A DNA stretch of 64,000 nt from Acidimicrobiales bacterium (GTDB taxonomy: Bacteria > Actinomycetota > Acidimicrobiia > Acidimicrobiales > JACCXE01): the NCBI GenBank assembly GCA_035546775.1, contig DASZWD010000042.1, positions 5,781 through 69,780 on the forward strand, in the 5' to 3' direction. A program made the translations under genes and the position numbers. Below are positions 9,114 through 19,554 of this stretch, in pieces. Numbering within the stretch: position 1 is the first letter of the stretch; the number at the start of each line of letters is the position of its first letter. The notes below the pieces were generated by a model. It was not told where the DNA came from. It was given only the letters and a program-made list of their open reading frames with translations, and ran no database searches.

Positions 9114-9724
9114 CGGCGCGCCTTGACCGGCGACAGCGCGGGCACCAGGAACTCGGCGAGGAACGTCCTCAGATTGCCCTTGGGCGGCGCCAGGATCAGC
9201 GTGACGGTCTGGCGCACCAGCCACTCGGCGACGACCCGCGAGTCGCGGCGGGCGAGCTGACCCGAATCCATCAGCGCGTCGAGCACCGGGGCGACGATGT
9301 TGGCGACGCGGCTCGAGGCCACGCCGAGGTCACTGATCAGTACCGGGCCGACGAGCTGGGGCTCGTCGCGCAGCACCTTCATCAGCACGGGGTGGCTGCG
9401 GGCGTGTTCCACGACCACCTCGAGCATGGCGACGATGGCGTCGGGCCCGCGCTGGCCGCTCAACGCCGCCGGCACCTTGCGCAGGAGGCGGTGCAGGTCG
9501 CGGGCGAGCAGCAGTCGCGCCATGTTGTCCACCGTGCCGACCTGGCGGTACACGGTCACCCGCGATTTGCCGACCTCGGCGGCCACGTCGGGCACCCGCG
9601 TGCGCCCCACACCGAAGCGGAGAAAGCAGCGGGCAGCGGCGTCGAGGTATTCGTCGAGTTCCGCCGGTGGGACCGGTGGTACGTCGGCCAGGGTCACACC
9701 GAGGTCTTCGAGCGCCATCACCAT
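9110..9724 (-). CDS. TetR-family transcriptional regulator
   Basis: N-terminal HTH ...RTRVPDVAAEVGKSRVTVYRQVG.... Confidence 0.88.
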
Positions 9725-9725
9725 T

Positions 9726-9753
9726 GTGAAACAGTTGTACGAAATTGTTTCAC
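9726..9753. promoter_or_regulatory. Probable TetR operator (8-bp inverted repeat GTGAAACA-N12-TGTTTCAC)
   Basis: Read directly. It begins 2 nt upstream of the TetR ATG (9724), in an AT-rich gap. Confidence 0.5.
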
Positions 9754-9778
9754 CGTTGTCAAGCAGCGGGAGCAGCCA

Positions 9779-10918
9779 TCAGCTCCGCAGGCGCTGATTC
9801 ACCCGCGCCGCTTGGCGGGTCAAGTGGTCGCGTTCGGCGACGCTCGCTGCGTGCCGCGCCGCCTCCGCGTACAGGCGCGCCGCGGTGGCGTACTCGCCGT
9901 TGCGCTCGTGCAGATAGGCGGCCACCGCGTCGCGCCGCGGCGTCCCCGCGGGGACCTCGCCCAGCGCGGCGAGGCCGGCGTGGGCCCCGTCGGCTTCGCC
10001 AACGGCGACGGCGCGGTTGAGCCGCACGACGGGCGTGTCGGCGAACCGCCGCAGTTCGTCGTACCAGCTCACGATCTGGATCCAGTCGGTCTCGGAGAAG
10101 GTGGCGGCGTCGGCGTGGAGGGCGGCGATGGCCGCCTGCGCCTGGAACTCGCCGAGTTCGTCGCGCGCGAGGGCCGCTTGCAAGATGTCGACGCCTTCGG
10201 CGACGCGCGCGCGGTCCCAGCGGCTGCGGTCCTGCTCGGCGAGCGGGACGATGGCGCCCTCGGCCGTGGTTCGACTGGCGCGGCGCGCATCGTGGATCAG
10301 CATGAGCGCCAGCAGCCCGTCGACCTCAGGCGACGGCGCCAGCGCCCGTAGTTCGCGCGTGAGACGGATCGCCTCGGCGGCGAGGTCGACGTCGCCCGAG
10401 TAGCCCTCGTTGAACACGAGGTACAGCACACGCATCACGGTGTCCACGTCGCCCGGACGGTCGAGGCCGCTGGCGGCGACGGTGCGCTTGGCCCGGCTGA
10501 TGCGCTGGGCCATCGTCGCTTCGGGCACGAGGTAGGCGTCCGCGATCTGGCGTGTGGTGAGGCCGCCGACGGCGCGCAGCGTCAACGCGACCGCGGACGA
10601 CGGGCTCAGGTCCGGATGCGCGCACAGGAAGTAGAGGCGCAGCGAGTCGTCGGCGCTCGGCACGCCGTCGGGCGGTGGCTCTTCGCTGACGCGTGCTTCG
10701 CGCGCCCGGCGCGCCGTGTCGGCACGCGCCGCGTCGAGGAAGACACGCCAGGCCACCGTGACGAGCCACGCCTGCGGATCCGCTGGGGGTTCGTCGCGCG
10801 CCAGCAGGCGCACGAGTGCCTCCTGCACCGCGTCCTCGGCCGTCGCGAAGTCGGCGCCGCGCCGGACGAGGACGCTCAGCACCCGCGGGACGAGGGCGCG
10901 CAGTTCGACCGCGTCCAC
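9779..10918 (-). CDS. ECF-type RNA polymerase sigma factor with long C-terminal extension
   Basis: Sigma region 2/4-like N-terminal half (AEDAVQEALVRL..., TTRQIADAYLVPEATMAQRISRAK) and a YLVFNEGY motif. A YciI-like gene lies upstream, the usual partner. Confidence 0.82.
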   Translation of the reverse strand: MDAVELRALVPRVLSVLVRRGADFATAEDAVQEALVRLLARDEPPADPQAWLVTVAWRVFLDAARADTARRAREARVSEEPPPDGVPSADDSLRLYFLCAHPDLSPSSAVALTLRAVGGLTTRQIADAYLVPEATMAQRISRAKRTVAASGLDRPGDVDTVMRVLYLVFNEGYSGDVDLAAEAIRLTRELRALAPSPEVDGLLALMLIHDARRASRTTAEGAIVPLAEQDRSRWDRARVAEGVDILQAALARDELGEFQAQAAIAALHADAATFSETDWIQIVSWYDELRRFADTPVVRLNRAVAVGEADGAHAGLAALGEVPAGTPRRDAVAAYLHERNGEYATAARLYAEAARHAASVAERDHLTRQAARVNQRLRS

Positions 10919-10919
10919 C

Positions 10920-11327
10920 TCAGTCGTTGAACTGCGGCGGCGCGGCGAGGAAGGGCCGCACTTCGAGCCATTCGTGGATCGGCTCGCCGTTGGGACCGGG
11001 GGCGTCGGACAAACCCGCCGCGACTTCGATGGCGCGTTCGTAGCTGTCGACGTCGATGACCATCCAGCCGGCGATGAGGTCCTTCGTCTCGGGGAACGGT
11101 CCGTCGGTGACGGGCGGCTTACCGGCGCCGTCGGAGCGCACCCACACGCCGTCGGGCGCCAGCGCCTGGGCGTCGACGAACTCGCCGCTCGCCTGCAGCT
11201 TGGCGGCGAAGTCGTGCATGAAGCCGATGTGGGCGTCGACCTCTGCGGGCGTCCACTGGTCCATCGGCGCGCAGTTCAGCGGCTCGTGCGAACCGCGGTA
11301 GTGCTTGAGCAACAGGTACTTGGCCAT
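10920..11327 (-). CDS. YciI-like (DGPF/ETKE motif) protein
   Basis: MAKYLLLKHY...VTDGPFPETKDLIAGW.... Start trimmed to the internal ATG at 11327. Confidence 0.82.
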   Translation of the reverse strand: MAKYLLLKHYRGSHEPLNCAPMDQWTPAEVDAHIGFMHDFAAKLQASGEFVDAQALAPDGVWVRSDGAGKPPVTDGPFPETKDLIAGWMVIDVDSYERAIEVAAGLSDAPGPNGEPIHEWLEVRPFLAAPPQFND

Positions 11328-11429
11328 GGTGATCTCCTTGTGTGACTGCGGCTTCGGTGCCGCGTTCACCCCTGGGACGGAGCCGCCTCCGCCGTTTCGA
11401 CATCGATACCAAGATTTCTGGCAGAAGCG

Positions 11430-13844
11430 TTACAGCGTTCTCCAGCGCACCCGCGCCGCCACCTCGTCGGGTGACAGGTCGGCCTCGGGGTACACGGTCA
11501 CGCGCCGCGGTTCACCCGGGAGCAGGTGGAAGAAGTTGTCGCTGAACGTGGCGTCGACGCCGTCGAGCCACAGCATCACCGACAGCGCCAGCCGGTCGGT
11601 TGTCAGCGTGATCGCGTCGCCGTCGACCGACGCGGTGACGCGCGCCGCGGTGAGCACCAGGTCTTTCGGCTCGGCGAGCAGCAACGACGCTTCGACATCG
11701 GCGAACGTGGCGTGCACCAGCGCGTGGGTCGCGGCGTCGCGCACCGCCGCCGGCAGCTCGAGGTCGGCGATGCGTTCGCTCGCCAGCGGGTCGATCGACG
11801 CGTCATGCGACCACTGCCAGAGCACGCTGCCGTCGAGGTCGACGACGCGCAGCGCGAGCGTGCCGTCGCGGCCCGTCAACGAATCGTTGACGAGGTGGAC
11901 ACCGACGCAATCGTCCTCGTCGGTGAGGCTGAGCAGCAACGGGGCGTAGAAACGCTTTGCGGCGTACCACGCCGCCTTGGGGCGCAGCGCGTAGTCGACC
12001 CACGCCCAGCTCTGCACCGGCCAGCAGTCGTTGAGCTGCCACACCAGCGTGCCCATCGTGTGGGGGCGCAGCCGCCGGAAGTGCTCGATGCCGAAGCGCA
12101 TGGCGTCGGCCTGGTTGAGCTGGCTGTAGTACACGAGCTCGGGCAGCGTCGCCGGCATCGGATAGTGCAGCGCGATGAATCCGAGGTACGTGTCGTAGCC
12201 CTTGCGCGTCTTGTCGTGCCAGCGCATCCCGGGCGTGTCGACACCTAGGTGTTCGGGCGCCAGCGCCGCCCGCAACGTTTGCTCGGCGGGCGCGGCGGCG
12301 AAGCCGAACTCACTCACGAAGCGGGCGCGGCACTTGACGTAGTGGCGCCAGTCGCCTTCGCCGTGCCACACGTTCCAGTAGTGCGAATCGCCGTCGCTGT
12401 CGCCGCTCGGGTTGTCGTCGCTCCCCCACGGGCTGCTCGGCCAGTAGGGGCGACCGGGATCGTGCGCGGCGACGACGGCGGGAAGCACGTCGTCGTACAA
12501 ACGTAAACCCGGCAACGTGTCGAGCTTGCCGTAGGCCCCCATCCACCCCAACCACTGGTTCTCGTTGTTGCCGCACCACAGCGCCAGCGACGTGTGGTTG
12601 CGCAGCCGCTTCACCGCGGCGGTCGCTTCGGGCACGATGGCGGCGACCGTGGCGTCGTCGTCGGGATACACGGCGCAGGCGAACGGGAAGTCCTGCCACA
12701 CCAGAAGCCCGAGTTCGTCGCACACGTCGTAGAACTCGTCGGACTCGTACAGGCCGCCGCCCCAGATGCGGATCATGTTCATGCCGCAGTCGCGGGCCCG
12801 CTCGAGCACCCGCCGCACGCGTTCGGGGGTGGTGCGCGCCGGGAACGAGTCGTCAGGGATCCAGTTGGCGCCTTTGGCGAAGATGGGCACGCCGTTGACG
12901 CAGAAGAAGAACGACGCGCCGGCGGCGTCTGGCTCCTGCACCAGTTCGACCTGGCGCAAGCCGATGCGGGCGTCGCGCACGTCGTCGTCACCGACGCTGA
13001 TCGTGAGGTCGTAGAGGGACTGCTCGCCGAGACCGGCGCACCACCAGCGCCGCGGATCGCTGACCGACAGCGTGATGGTCGCGTGCCCGTCGACCACCGG
13101 CGCGGTCGCGTTCGTATCGGTGCCGTGCCCGAACAGCCACACGCCCACCTCGGGCGCGGCGCCCTCGACCTCCACGTCCACCGTCACACGCGCGCTGCCG
13201 TCGTCGGCGAACTCGGCGCGCCACGACCAGTCGGTGATGCGGGCCGCGGGTACGCGCACGAGGCTGACCGGCCGCCAGATGCCACAGCCGCGCAACCGCG
13301 GCCCCCAGTCCCAGCCCCACATGTACTGCGCCTTGCGCACCATCGCCCGGCTCGACATCGCGGGCGGGGCGTCGGCGAGAGCCGCCAGCCGCTCCTGGCC
13401 GGCGCGCTCAGCCGACTCGAAGCGCACCTCGAGCGCGTTGTCACCGACTCGCAGGGCGTCGGTGACGTCGAACTCATGGGCGACGAACATGTTGTCGCTG
13501 GCGCCGATCTCCACGTCGTTGAGCAGCACCGTGGCGACCGTGTCGAGGCCGTCGAATCGGAGCACGTGACGCGCCCCCTCGAGGGTGGCGCCGTCGACGG
13601 CGAACGCGCAGCGATAGGCCCACGCCGCGTCGTCGACCCACTGCACCCCGCGTTCGTGCATACCGGTGAACGGATCGGGAATGACGCCGGCGCGCTCGAG
13701 GTCGAGGTGGACGTGGCCGGGCACCGTCGCCGGTAGCCAGGCGCCGGCGTCGCTGTTCGGGATCGGCGCGGCGTCGGTCTGGCGGAACGACCAGCCGTCG
13801 TGGAGGAATCGGGTTTCGGTAGTCGTCATGGCGTGGACCGGCAC
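11430..13844 (-). CDS. Glycoside hydrolase family 2, beta-mannosidase-like
   Basis: NMIRIWGGGLYESDEFYDVCDELGLLVWQDF and LWCGNNENQ (acid/base Glu region). About 800 aa. Confidence 0.82.
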   Translation of the reverse strand: MPVHAMTTTETRFLHDGWSFRQTDAAPIPNSDAGAWLPATVPGHVHLDLERAGVIPDPFTGMHERGVQWVDDAAWAYRCAFAVDGATLEGARHVLRFDGLDTVATVLLNDVEIGASDNMFVAHEFDVTDALRVGDNALEVRFESAERAGQERLAALADAPPAMSSRAMVRKAQYMWGWDWGPRLRGCGIWRPVSLVRVPAARITDWSWRAEFADDGSARVTVDVEVEGAAPEVGVWLFGHGTDTNATAPVVDGHATITLSVSDPRRWWCAGLGEQSLYDLTISVGDDDVRDARIGLRQVELVQEPDAAGASFFFCVNGVPIFAKGANWIPDDSFPARTTPERVRRVLERARDCGMNMIRIWGGGLYESDEFYDVCDELGLLVWQDFPFACAVYPDDDATVAAIVPEATAAVKRLRNHTSLALWCGNNENQWLGWMGAYGKLDTLPGLRLYDDVLPAVVAAHDPGRPYWPSSPWGSDDNPSGDSDGDSHYWNVWHGEGDWRHYVKCRARFVSEFGFAAAPAEQTLRAALAPEHLGVDTPGMRWHDKTRKGYDTYLGFIALHYPMPATLPELVYYSQLNQADAMRFGIEHFRRLRPHTMGTLVWQLNDCWPVQSWAWVDYALRPKAAWYAAKRFYAPLLLSLTDEDDCVGVHLVNDSLTGRDGTLALRVVDLDGSVLWQWSHDASIDPLASERIADLELPAAVRDAATHALVHATFADVEASLLLAEPKDLVLTAARVTASVDGDAITLTTDRLALSVMLWLDGVDATFSDNFFHLLPGEPRRVTVYPEADLSPDEVAARVRWRTL

Positions 13845-13858
13845 GCCGACGCTAGCGA

Positions 13859-15463
13859 TTAGTTGGACGTCGGAGTGTCGGCGAACACCGGCGGGATGCC
13901 GCCGAGGCCGAGTTCGGCGGCGTTCTCGGCCGACGCCATAGCCGAGGACTGCGCGCCGTGCTGCTCGATGCGCTGCGGCAGGAACTTCAACACCGACGCC
14001 GCCGCGATGATCGCCAGCGTCGCGCCCGTCAGCGCCGTCCAGTGGATGCCGGACACGAACGCGTGCTCGGCGGCGTCACGCAGCGCCATGGCGGTTGCCT
14101 GCGGCAGATGCTGGGCCGCCTGCATCGCCGTGCCGAGTGAGGTCTTGGCAGCGGTGCGGTCGGCGGGACTCAGCCGCCCGAGCACGCCGGCGATGCCCGA
14201 GCTGTAGCGCGACGCCGCCACGCTGCCGAGAACGGCGACGCCGAGGGCGGCACCGAGTTCGCGCGTGGCGTCGTTCATCGCCGAGCCCGCACCGGCGCGC
14301 CGCGGCGGGACCGCCGACATGATGGCCGCCGTCATCGGCGACATGGTCATGGCGATGCCGCCGATCAGCAGGATGAAGCACACCAGCACGTACCAGTACG
14401 ACGTGTGCACACCGAGGAACGAGAACGAGGCGAACCCGCACGCCACCAGCGTCATACCCGCCGCCACGGTGCGGTTCGACCCGAAGCGGGCCACGATGCG
14501 CGGCGTCTGCGGCGCCACGATCATCATGATCGGCGCCATCGGCAGGAAGCGCAGCGCGGCGGAGAACGGGCTGTAGCCGAGGATGAGCTGGAAGTACTGC
14601 GTGATGAGGAACATGACGCCGAACATCGACAGGAACATCAGGATCATGCCGGCGCTGGCGGTGCTGAACGCCGGATTGCGGAAGTAGGCCATGTCGAGCA
14701 TCGGCTCGGCGACGCGCCGTTCCCACTGCACGAAAGCGAACAGCACCACGGCACCGACGACGAAGGCCACCAGCGTCGATGGCGCCAGCCACCCGTTTTC
14801 CGGCGCCGAGATCAAGCCGAAGACGAGCGACACGATGCCGACGATCGACAGTACGGCACCGACGGGGTCGAGCTTCTGCTCGTGCGGATCCTTCGAAGTG
14901 GGCACGAGGTAGGCGCCGGCGGCAAGGGCGACCAGGATGATCGGCACGTTGACGAGGAACACCGAGCCGTACCAGAAACGCGCCAGCAACCACCCGCTGG
15001 CAATGGGCCCGAGCGAGCCAGCACCGCCGCTCACACCCGCCCACACCGCGATCGCCTTCGCCCGTTCGTGGGGCGGGAACACGTTGACGAGAATCGACAG
15101 CGTCGAGGGCATGATGAACGCGGCGCACGCCCCCATGAGGAGGCGGCAGGCGATGAGTTGCCACATCGACGTCGACAGCGACGCCAGGCCGACGCCGCAC
15201 AGGAATCCGAGCAAGCCGAGCTGGAGCGCACCCTTGCGACCGAAGCGGTCGCCGATGGCACCGGCGGTGAACAACAGGCCGGCGAAGACCAGCGAGTAGC
15301 CGGCCACGACCCACTGCAACTGCGACGTCGACGCGTCGAGCTGGCGCGACAAGGTGGGTATGACGACGTTGAGGCTCGAGTTCCCGACGGTGACGATAAG
15401 GAGGCTGAGGCACAGCACGCCCAGCGTCCACCACCGCTTGGGGTTCAGGGCCGCTTCGTCCAC
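13859..15463 (-). CDS. MFS transporter, DHA2 (EmrB/QacA-like, 14-TMS) drug:H+ antiporter type
   Basis: ...WWTLGVLCLSLLIVTVGNSSLNVVIPTL...DRFGRK.... Start trimmed to the GTG at 15463. The upstream 160 codons of the track ORF look non-coding. Confidence 0.85.
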   Translation of the reverse strand: MDEAALNPKRWWTLGVLCLSLLIVTVGNSSLNVVIPTLSRQLDASTSQLQWVVAGYSLVFAGLLFTAGAIGDRFGRKGALQLGLLGFLCGVGLASLSTSMWQLIACRLLMGACAAFIMPSTLSILVNVFPPHERAKAIAVWAGVSGGAGSLGPIASGWLLARFWYGSVFLVNVPIILVALAAGAYLVPTSKDPHEQKLDPVGAVLSIVGIVSLVFGLISAPENGWLAPSTLVAFVVGAVVLFAFVQWERRVAEPMLDMAYFRNPAFSTASAGMILMFLSMFGVMFLITQYFQLILGYSPFSAALRFLPMAPIMMIVAPQTPRIVARFGSNRTVAAGMTLVACGFASFSFLGVHTSYWYVLVCFILLIGGIAMTMSPMTAAIMSAVPPRRAGAGSAMNDATRELGAALGVAVLGSVAASRYSSGIAGVLGRLSPADRTAAKTSLGTAMQAAQHLPQATAMALRDAAEHAFVSGIHWTALTGATLAIIAAASVLKFLPQRIEQHGAQSSAMASAENAAELGLGGIPPVFADTPTSN

Positions 15464-15481
15464 GACATCAGTATGACGTAC

Positions 15482-15514
15482 TCTGACTTCTGACACAAAC
15501 TGACAGAAGTCAGA
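15482..15514. promoter_or_regulatory. Probable TetR operator between the divergent MFS and TetR genes
   Basis: TCTGACTTCTG (15482-15492), 11 nt, CAGAAGTCAGA (15504-15514): a perfect 11-bp inverted repeat. Confidence 0.55.
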
Positions 15515-16126
15515 TTGTGCTACATTTTTTCCGTGGTCACCACCGGCCTGCGCGAGCGCAAGAAGGAACAGACGCGCGACGCCATGTTCCACGCCGCGCT
15601 GCGCCTCTTCGCTGCCCGCGGATTCGACCATGTGACCGTCGAGGAAATCGCGGCGGCGTGCGACGTGTCGCCCCGCACGTTTTTCCGCTATTTCGCGTCG
15701 AAGGAAGACGTGCTGTTCGCCGAAGGCGACTCGGTCTGCGCGCGTCTTGTGTCTCTCATCGGCCAGCAGGACACAAAGTTGACGGCGTTCGAGGCCCTGG
15801 AGGCCGGGATGCTCGACGCCGCCTCCGACTACGCCGCCCAGCGCGAGATGCTCGAACTGCGGCGCACCGTCGTCGAGCAGACGCCGTCTCTGCGCACCCG
15901 CTCGGCCGAGCGGCAACAGGGGTGGGAAGCCGAGATCGTCGCCCATCTCCGGTCGTCGGCGCGCGCCAAGCGCACATCCGACCTCGAACTACGCCTCGTA
16001 GTAGCGGTGTGCACCACGGCGCTGCGTACCGCCATCGAAACGTGGGTCGCCGGCGAGGGCACCGACGACCTGGTGAAATTGACTCGTGCCGCGTTCCGTC
16101 GTCTCCGCACCGGGTTCGGTCAGTGA
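15515..16126 (+). CDS. TetR-family transcriptional regulator (start may be the GTG at 15533)
   Basis: GLRERKKEQTRDAMFHAALRLFAARGFDHVTVEEIAAACDVSPRTFFRYF. Confidence 0.88.
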   Translation: MCYIFSVVTTGLRERKKEQTRDAMFHAALRLFAARGFDHVTVEEIAAACDVSPRTFFRYFASKEDVLFAEGDSVCARLVSLIGQQDTKLTAFEALEAGMLDAASDYAAQREMLELRRTVVEQTPSLRTRSAERQQGWEAEIVAHLRSSARAKRTSDLELRLVVAVCTTALRTAIETWVAGEGTDDLVKLTRAAFRRLRTGFGQ

Positions 16127-16133
16127 CTAACCG

Positions 16134-16916
16134 GTGCTGATCCTGCTCTCGCCCGCCAAGTCGCTCGACTACGAGTCGCCGCTGCCGACGAAGCAGTTCA
16201 CCCAGCCGCGGCTGCTTGAACATTCGCGTGAATTGATCGACGTGATGCGCACGAAGGCCGTCGACGAGATCGCCGCGATGATGGGCATTTCCCTGGAGCT
16301 CGCCGATCTCAACGCCCGGCGCTACGCCGAGTTCGAAACGCCGTTCTCGCCGGCCAACGCCCGCCCGGCGGTGTTCGCCTTCAACGGCGACGTGTACCGC
16401 GGCCTCGACGCCCGCCAGTGTCTCACCGCCCGCGACCTCACCGAGGCGCAGAAGACCGTCCGCATCCTGTCGGGTCTCTACGGCGTGCTGCGCCCGCTCG
16501 ACTTGATGCAGCCGTACCGGCTCGAGATGGGCACCAAGCTGTCGACGTCGCGGGGCGACACGCTCTACGACTACTGGGACGCCGTGATCGCGCCGACGCT
16601 CAACGCCGATCTGGCGGAGTCGCCCGGCCCCGACCTCGTGGTCAACTTGGCGTCAGGTGAGTACTTCCGCTCGGTCGACACCGACGCGTTGAACGGCACG
16701 CTCGTGAGCCCGCGCTTTTTGGACCAGGGGCCGAAGGGCGACCTCAAGATCATCTCGTTCGCCGCCAAGTGGGCGCGCGGCGCGATGGCGGCGTGGCTGG
16801 TGCGCAACCGCGTGCGTTCGGCGCGGCGCCTGCGCGACTTCGACGTGGCGGGCTACCGCTACGACCCGTCGCGCTCGACGCCTACCGAGCCCACCTACGT
16901 CCGTGTGAGGTCGTAG
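16134..16916 (+). CDS. yaaA: YaaA-family (DUF328) peroxide stress protein
   Basis: MLILLSPAKSLDYESP... and ...FAAKWARGAMA..., characteristic of YaaA. Confidence 0.88.
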   Translation: MLILLSPAKSLDYESPLPTKQFTQPRLLEHSRELIDVMRTKAVDEIAAMMGISLELADLNARRYAEFETPFSPANARPAVFAFNGDVYRGLDARQCLTARDLTEAQKTVRILSGLYGVLRPLDLMQPYRLEMGTKLSTSRGDTLYDYWDAVIAPTLNADLAESPGPDLVVNLASGEYFRSVDTDALNGTLVSPRFLDQGPKGDLKIISFAAKWARGAMAAWLVRNRVRSARRLRDFDVAGYRYDPSRSTPTEPTYVRVRS

Positions 16917-18889
16917 ACCGTCACGCCACCCACGGTCGTGGACGAGAAGGTGCTCGTCACCCACGACGAGATCTGCGCCGACGTCGAACCGGTCTGGTTG
17001 CCGCCGGCGGGGCCGAAGCGGCGCCCGCCGTTGCCGCCGCTGATGAAGTAGTGGATCTTGCCGGCGCGCACCCACTGCTGGAACTGCGCCAGCGTGGGCG
17101 AAGGGTCGGTGCCGTTGAAACCGCCGATCGGCATGACCGACTTGTCGGTGGCGAGCTGGTAGCCGCTCGCCTCGTTGGCGCCGACGGTCGCGGCGATCCA
17201 GGTGTACTTGCCGGCGTCCTGCAACAGGTAGGCGGTCAACTCGGCTGACGGCGTGCTGGCGTTGAGCAACCCACCGGCGCCGCCCGGAGCAGTGGTGCCA
17301 CCACCGTTACCCGCAGCGAAGGGCGGAGGCCCACCGAACCGGCCACCGAACTGACCCGCGGGCGGACCGCCGGCGAAGCCACCCGGTCCGCGCGCGGAAC
17401 GGCCCTGGCCCGCGGGCCCAGCCGTGGGCAGCGCGCCGCTGTGGGCCGCGGCCGCGGTGTCGAGCGAGTATGCCGCCGGACCGATCAGCCCCACACCGAC
17501 CGCGGCGATGGCGGCACCGGCGATCACCTTCGGCCCGACCAAGTGACCGATGAGCAGCAGGAGCATCGTGACGGCAGCGGCGGCGAATACGAGCGGCGCC
17601 AGCCACGGCAACCAGTTCGGCGTGCGGGCCAACAGCGCAATGGACCACACGGCGGTGACGGCCACCGTGGCGGCGAACGCGATGCGGGCCCACCACGCCG
17701 ACCGCTCGCGCCACAGCAGCGCACCGCCGACCGCAACCGTGCCGCCGATGCCCGGCGCGAGGGCAACCGTGTAGTACTCGTGGATGATCCCCTTGCCCAA
17801 CGAGAAGGTGAGGGCGGTCACGACCAGCCAGCCGCCCCAGATCATGAGGGCGGCGCGCGTGCGGTCGCGCCGGTCGCGCCCCGCCGTCGCCACCAGGCCG
17901 ACGGCGAGCAACACGAGCGCGGCGGGAATGAGCCACGACGCCTGGCCGCCGAAGGCGGAGTTGAACATGCGGAACAGGCCCGTCGGTCCCCACATGGTGG
18001 TGCCCCTCGGGCCTTGCTGGCCGCCCACGCTGCCTGACTCGTTGCCCGTCAACCGGCCGAACCCGTTGTAACCGAAGATCAAGTTGAGGACCGAGTTGTT
18101 CTGCGAGCCGCCGACGTAGGGACGCCAGCTCTTCGGCGTCAGCTCGACGGCGGCCACCCACCAGGCGAACGCGCCGAGCATGGCGGCCGCGCCGATCGCC
18201 AGTTGCGCGATTCGCCGGCCGAGCTTCGGGGGCCCGGCGAGCAGGTAGGCGAACCCGAACGCCGGCACGACGAGGAACGCCTGCATCATCTTGGCCAGGA
18301 AACCGAGTCCCACGAGGGCGAAGCACATTGCCACCCACTTGGTGGCGCCGTGTTCCAACGCCCGCACCATGGCGTAGCCCGCGGCGGTGAGCAGCAGCAC
18401 GAGCACGGCGTCGGGGTTGTTGAACCGGAACATCAACACGGCGACGGGCGTGAGCGCCAGCACCGCACCCGCCACGAGTCCCGCGGGTGCCCCGAACCAC
18501 CGCTTCACCGCGGCGTAGAGGAACGCCACCGACGCGACACCTTCGAGCGCGTTGGGCACCAGGATCGACCAGCTGTTGACGCCGAAGATGCGGGCGCTGA
18601 CCTCCATCGGCCACAGGAACAGCGGCGACTTGTCGACCGTGATCGAACCGGCGGCATCAGACGCGCCGAAAAACGCCGCCTTCAGGCTGTGGGTGCCGGC
18701 CTGCACCGCCGCGCTGTAGAACGAGTTCGCCCAACCGGAAGCGCCGAGTCCCCACAGATACAGGACCGCGGTGGCAGCCAGGAGGGCGGCGAACGCGGGA
18801 CGCTCCCACGCCGGCGAACCGGCGGGCGCCGGCGGAACGTCGGCAGTGACGGCGTCACCGATAACAGGACGGTCGAGGGTCAGCGTCAT
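16895..18889 (-). CDS. Glycosyltransferase family 39 (ArnT/PMT-like) polytopic membrane protein
   Basis: ...LYLWGLGASGWANSFYSAAVQAG...ITVDKSPLFLWPM..., many TM segments and a Gly/Pro-rich linker. Confidence 0.82.
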   Translation of the reverse strand: MTLTLDRPVIGDAVTADVPPAPAGSPAWERPAFAALLAATAVLYLWGLGASGWANSFYSAAVQAGTHSLKAAFFGASDAAGSITVDKSPLFLWPMEVSARIFGVNSWSILVPNALEGVASVAFLYAAVKRWFGAPAGLVAGAVLALTPVAVLMFRFNNPDAVLVLLLTAAGYAMVRALEHGATKWVAMCFALVGLGFLAKMMQAFLVVPAFGFAYLLAGPPKLGRRIAQLAIGAAAMLGAFAWWVAAVELTPKSWRPYVGGSQNNSVLNLIFGYNGFGRLTGNESGSVGGQQGPRGTTMWGPTGLFRMFNSAFGGQASWLIPAALVLLAVGLVATAGRDRRDRTRAALMIWGGWLVVTALTFSLGKGIIHEYYTVALAPGIGGTVAVGGALLWRERSAWWARIAFAATVAVTAVWSIALLARTPNWLPWLAPLVFAAAAVTMLLLLIGHLVGPKVIAGAAIAAVGVGLIGPAAYSLDTAAAAHSGALPTAGPAGQGRSARGPGGFAGGPPAGQFGGRFGGPPPFAAGNGGGTTAPGGAGGLLNASTPSAELTAYLLQDAGKYTWIAATVGANEASGYQLATDKSVMPIGGFNGTDPSPTLAQFQQWVRAGKIHYFISGGNGGRRFGPAGGNQTGSTSAQISSWVTSTFSSTTVGGVTVYDLTRT

Positions 18890-18954
18890 GGTCGTCCACG
18901 ATGCGCCCCCAACCTCGGAGATTGCTGGGACTGCCCTCGGAGTTCGCTACCGGC

Positions 18955-19329
18955 TCAACAGCCGATCACGGCCACGCCGTAGCGCTCGAAAACGGCGTCG
19001 CGCGAGACGATCGTGAGTGCTTCCACACGTGCCTGGGCGACAAGCATGCGGTCGAAGGGGTCGCGGTGATGTGGCGGTAGCGCACCGGCGAGTTCGGCGT
19101 GCTCGTGCGAGATCGCCAGAGGTTCGAACCCGCCGCGCACGGCGGCCTCCGCAAAGCCGGTTGGCGCCTTCAGCTTGCCGAGGCCGCGCTTGATCGCGAC
19201 TTCCCACACCGACGCAGCACTCACGACGGCGACGTTGGCGCCGTCCTCGATGAGTTCTGTGGCCTCGCGGCTGAGTTGCTGCCCCCCGAGCCACCACAGG
19301 ATGGCGTGCGTGTCGAGGAGCAGATTCAT
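18955..19329 (-). CDS. vapC: Type II toxin, VapC (PIN domain)
   Basis: MNLLLDTHAILWW...SAASVWEVAIKRGLGKL...DPFDRMLVAQA. ATGA overlap with the upstream antitoxin. Confidence 0.9.
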   Translation of the reverse strand: MNLLLDTHAILWWLGGQQLSREATELIEDGANVAVVSAASVWEVAIKRGLGKLKAPTGFAEAAVRGGFEPLAISHEHAELAGALPPHHRDPFDRMLVAQARVEALTIVSRDAVFERYGVAVIGC

Positions 19330-19553
19330 GCTTCGAACGAAGCGATGACGTCGGCCGGCGTGTCGTCGAAGTCGGCGGCCAGCTTGACCTTGCCCTTCCA
19401 GGCACCAGGTGTGCGGCGCGCCACCGCGGGCACGTAGGGCACCAGACGCGCCACCGGCTTGCCGGCACGACCGATCACGATCTCCTCTCCCGCGGCGGCG
19501 CGGTCGACCAGCTTCGAGAAGTGCGTCTTCGCTTCGTGGATGTTGACGATCAC
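19326..19553 (-). CDS. Type II antitoxin, Phd/YefM-type
   Basis: (M)IVNIHEAKTHFSKLVDRAAAGEEIVIGRAGKPVARLVPY. GTG start. Confidence 0.85.
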   Translation of the reverse strand: MIVNIHEAKTHFSKLVDRAAAGEEIVIGRAGKPVARLVPYVPAVARRTPGAWKGKVKLAADFDDTPADVIASFEA

Positions 19554-19554
19554 C

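Noticed and set aside
13859-15946. 695-aa version of the MFS transporter ORF. Similar N-terminal extensions exist for the ACAD, ligase, diiron, LutA/LutB, BAAT and PhyH ORFs.
   Set aside because: The extensions overlap neighbouring genes or operators and are Arg/Pro/Gly-rich. Each family's conserved N-terminus starts at an internal start codon, often in a 4-nt overlap.
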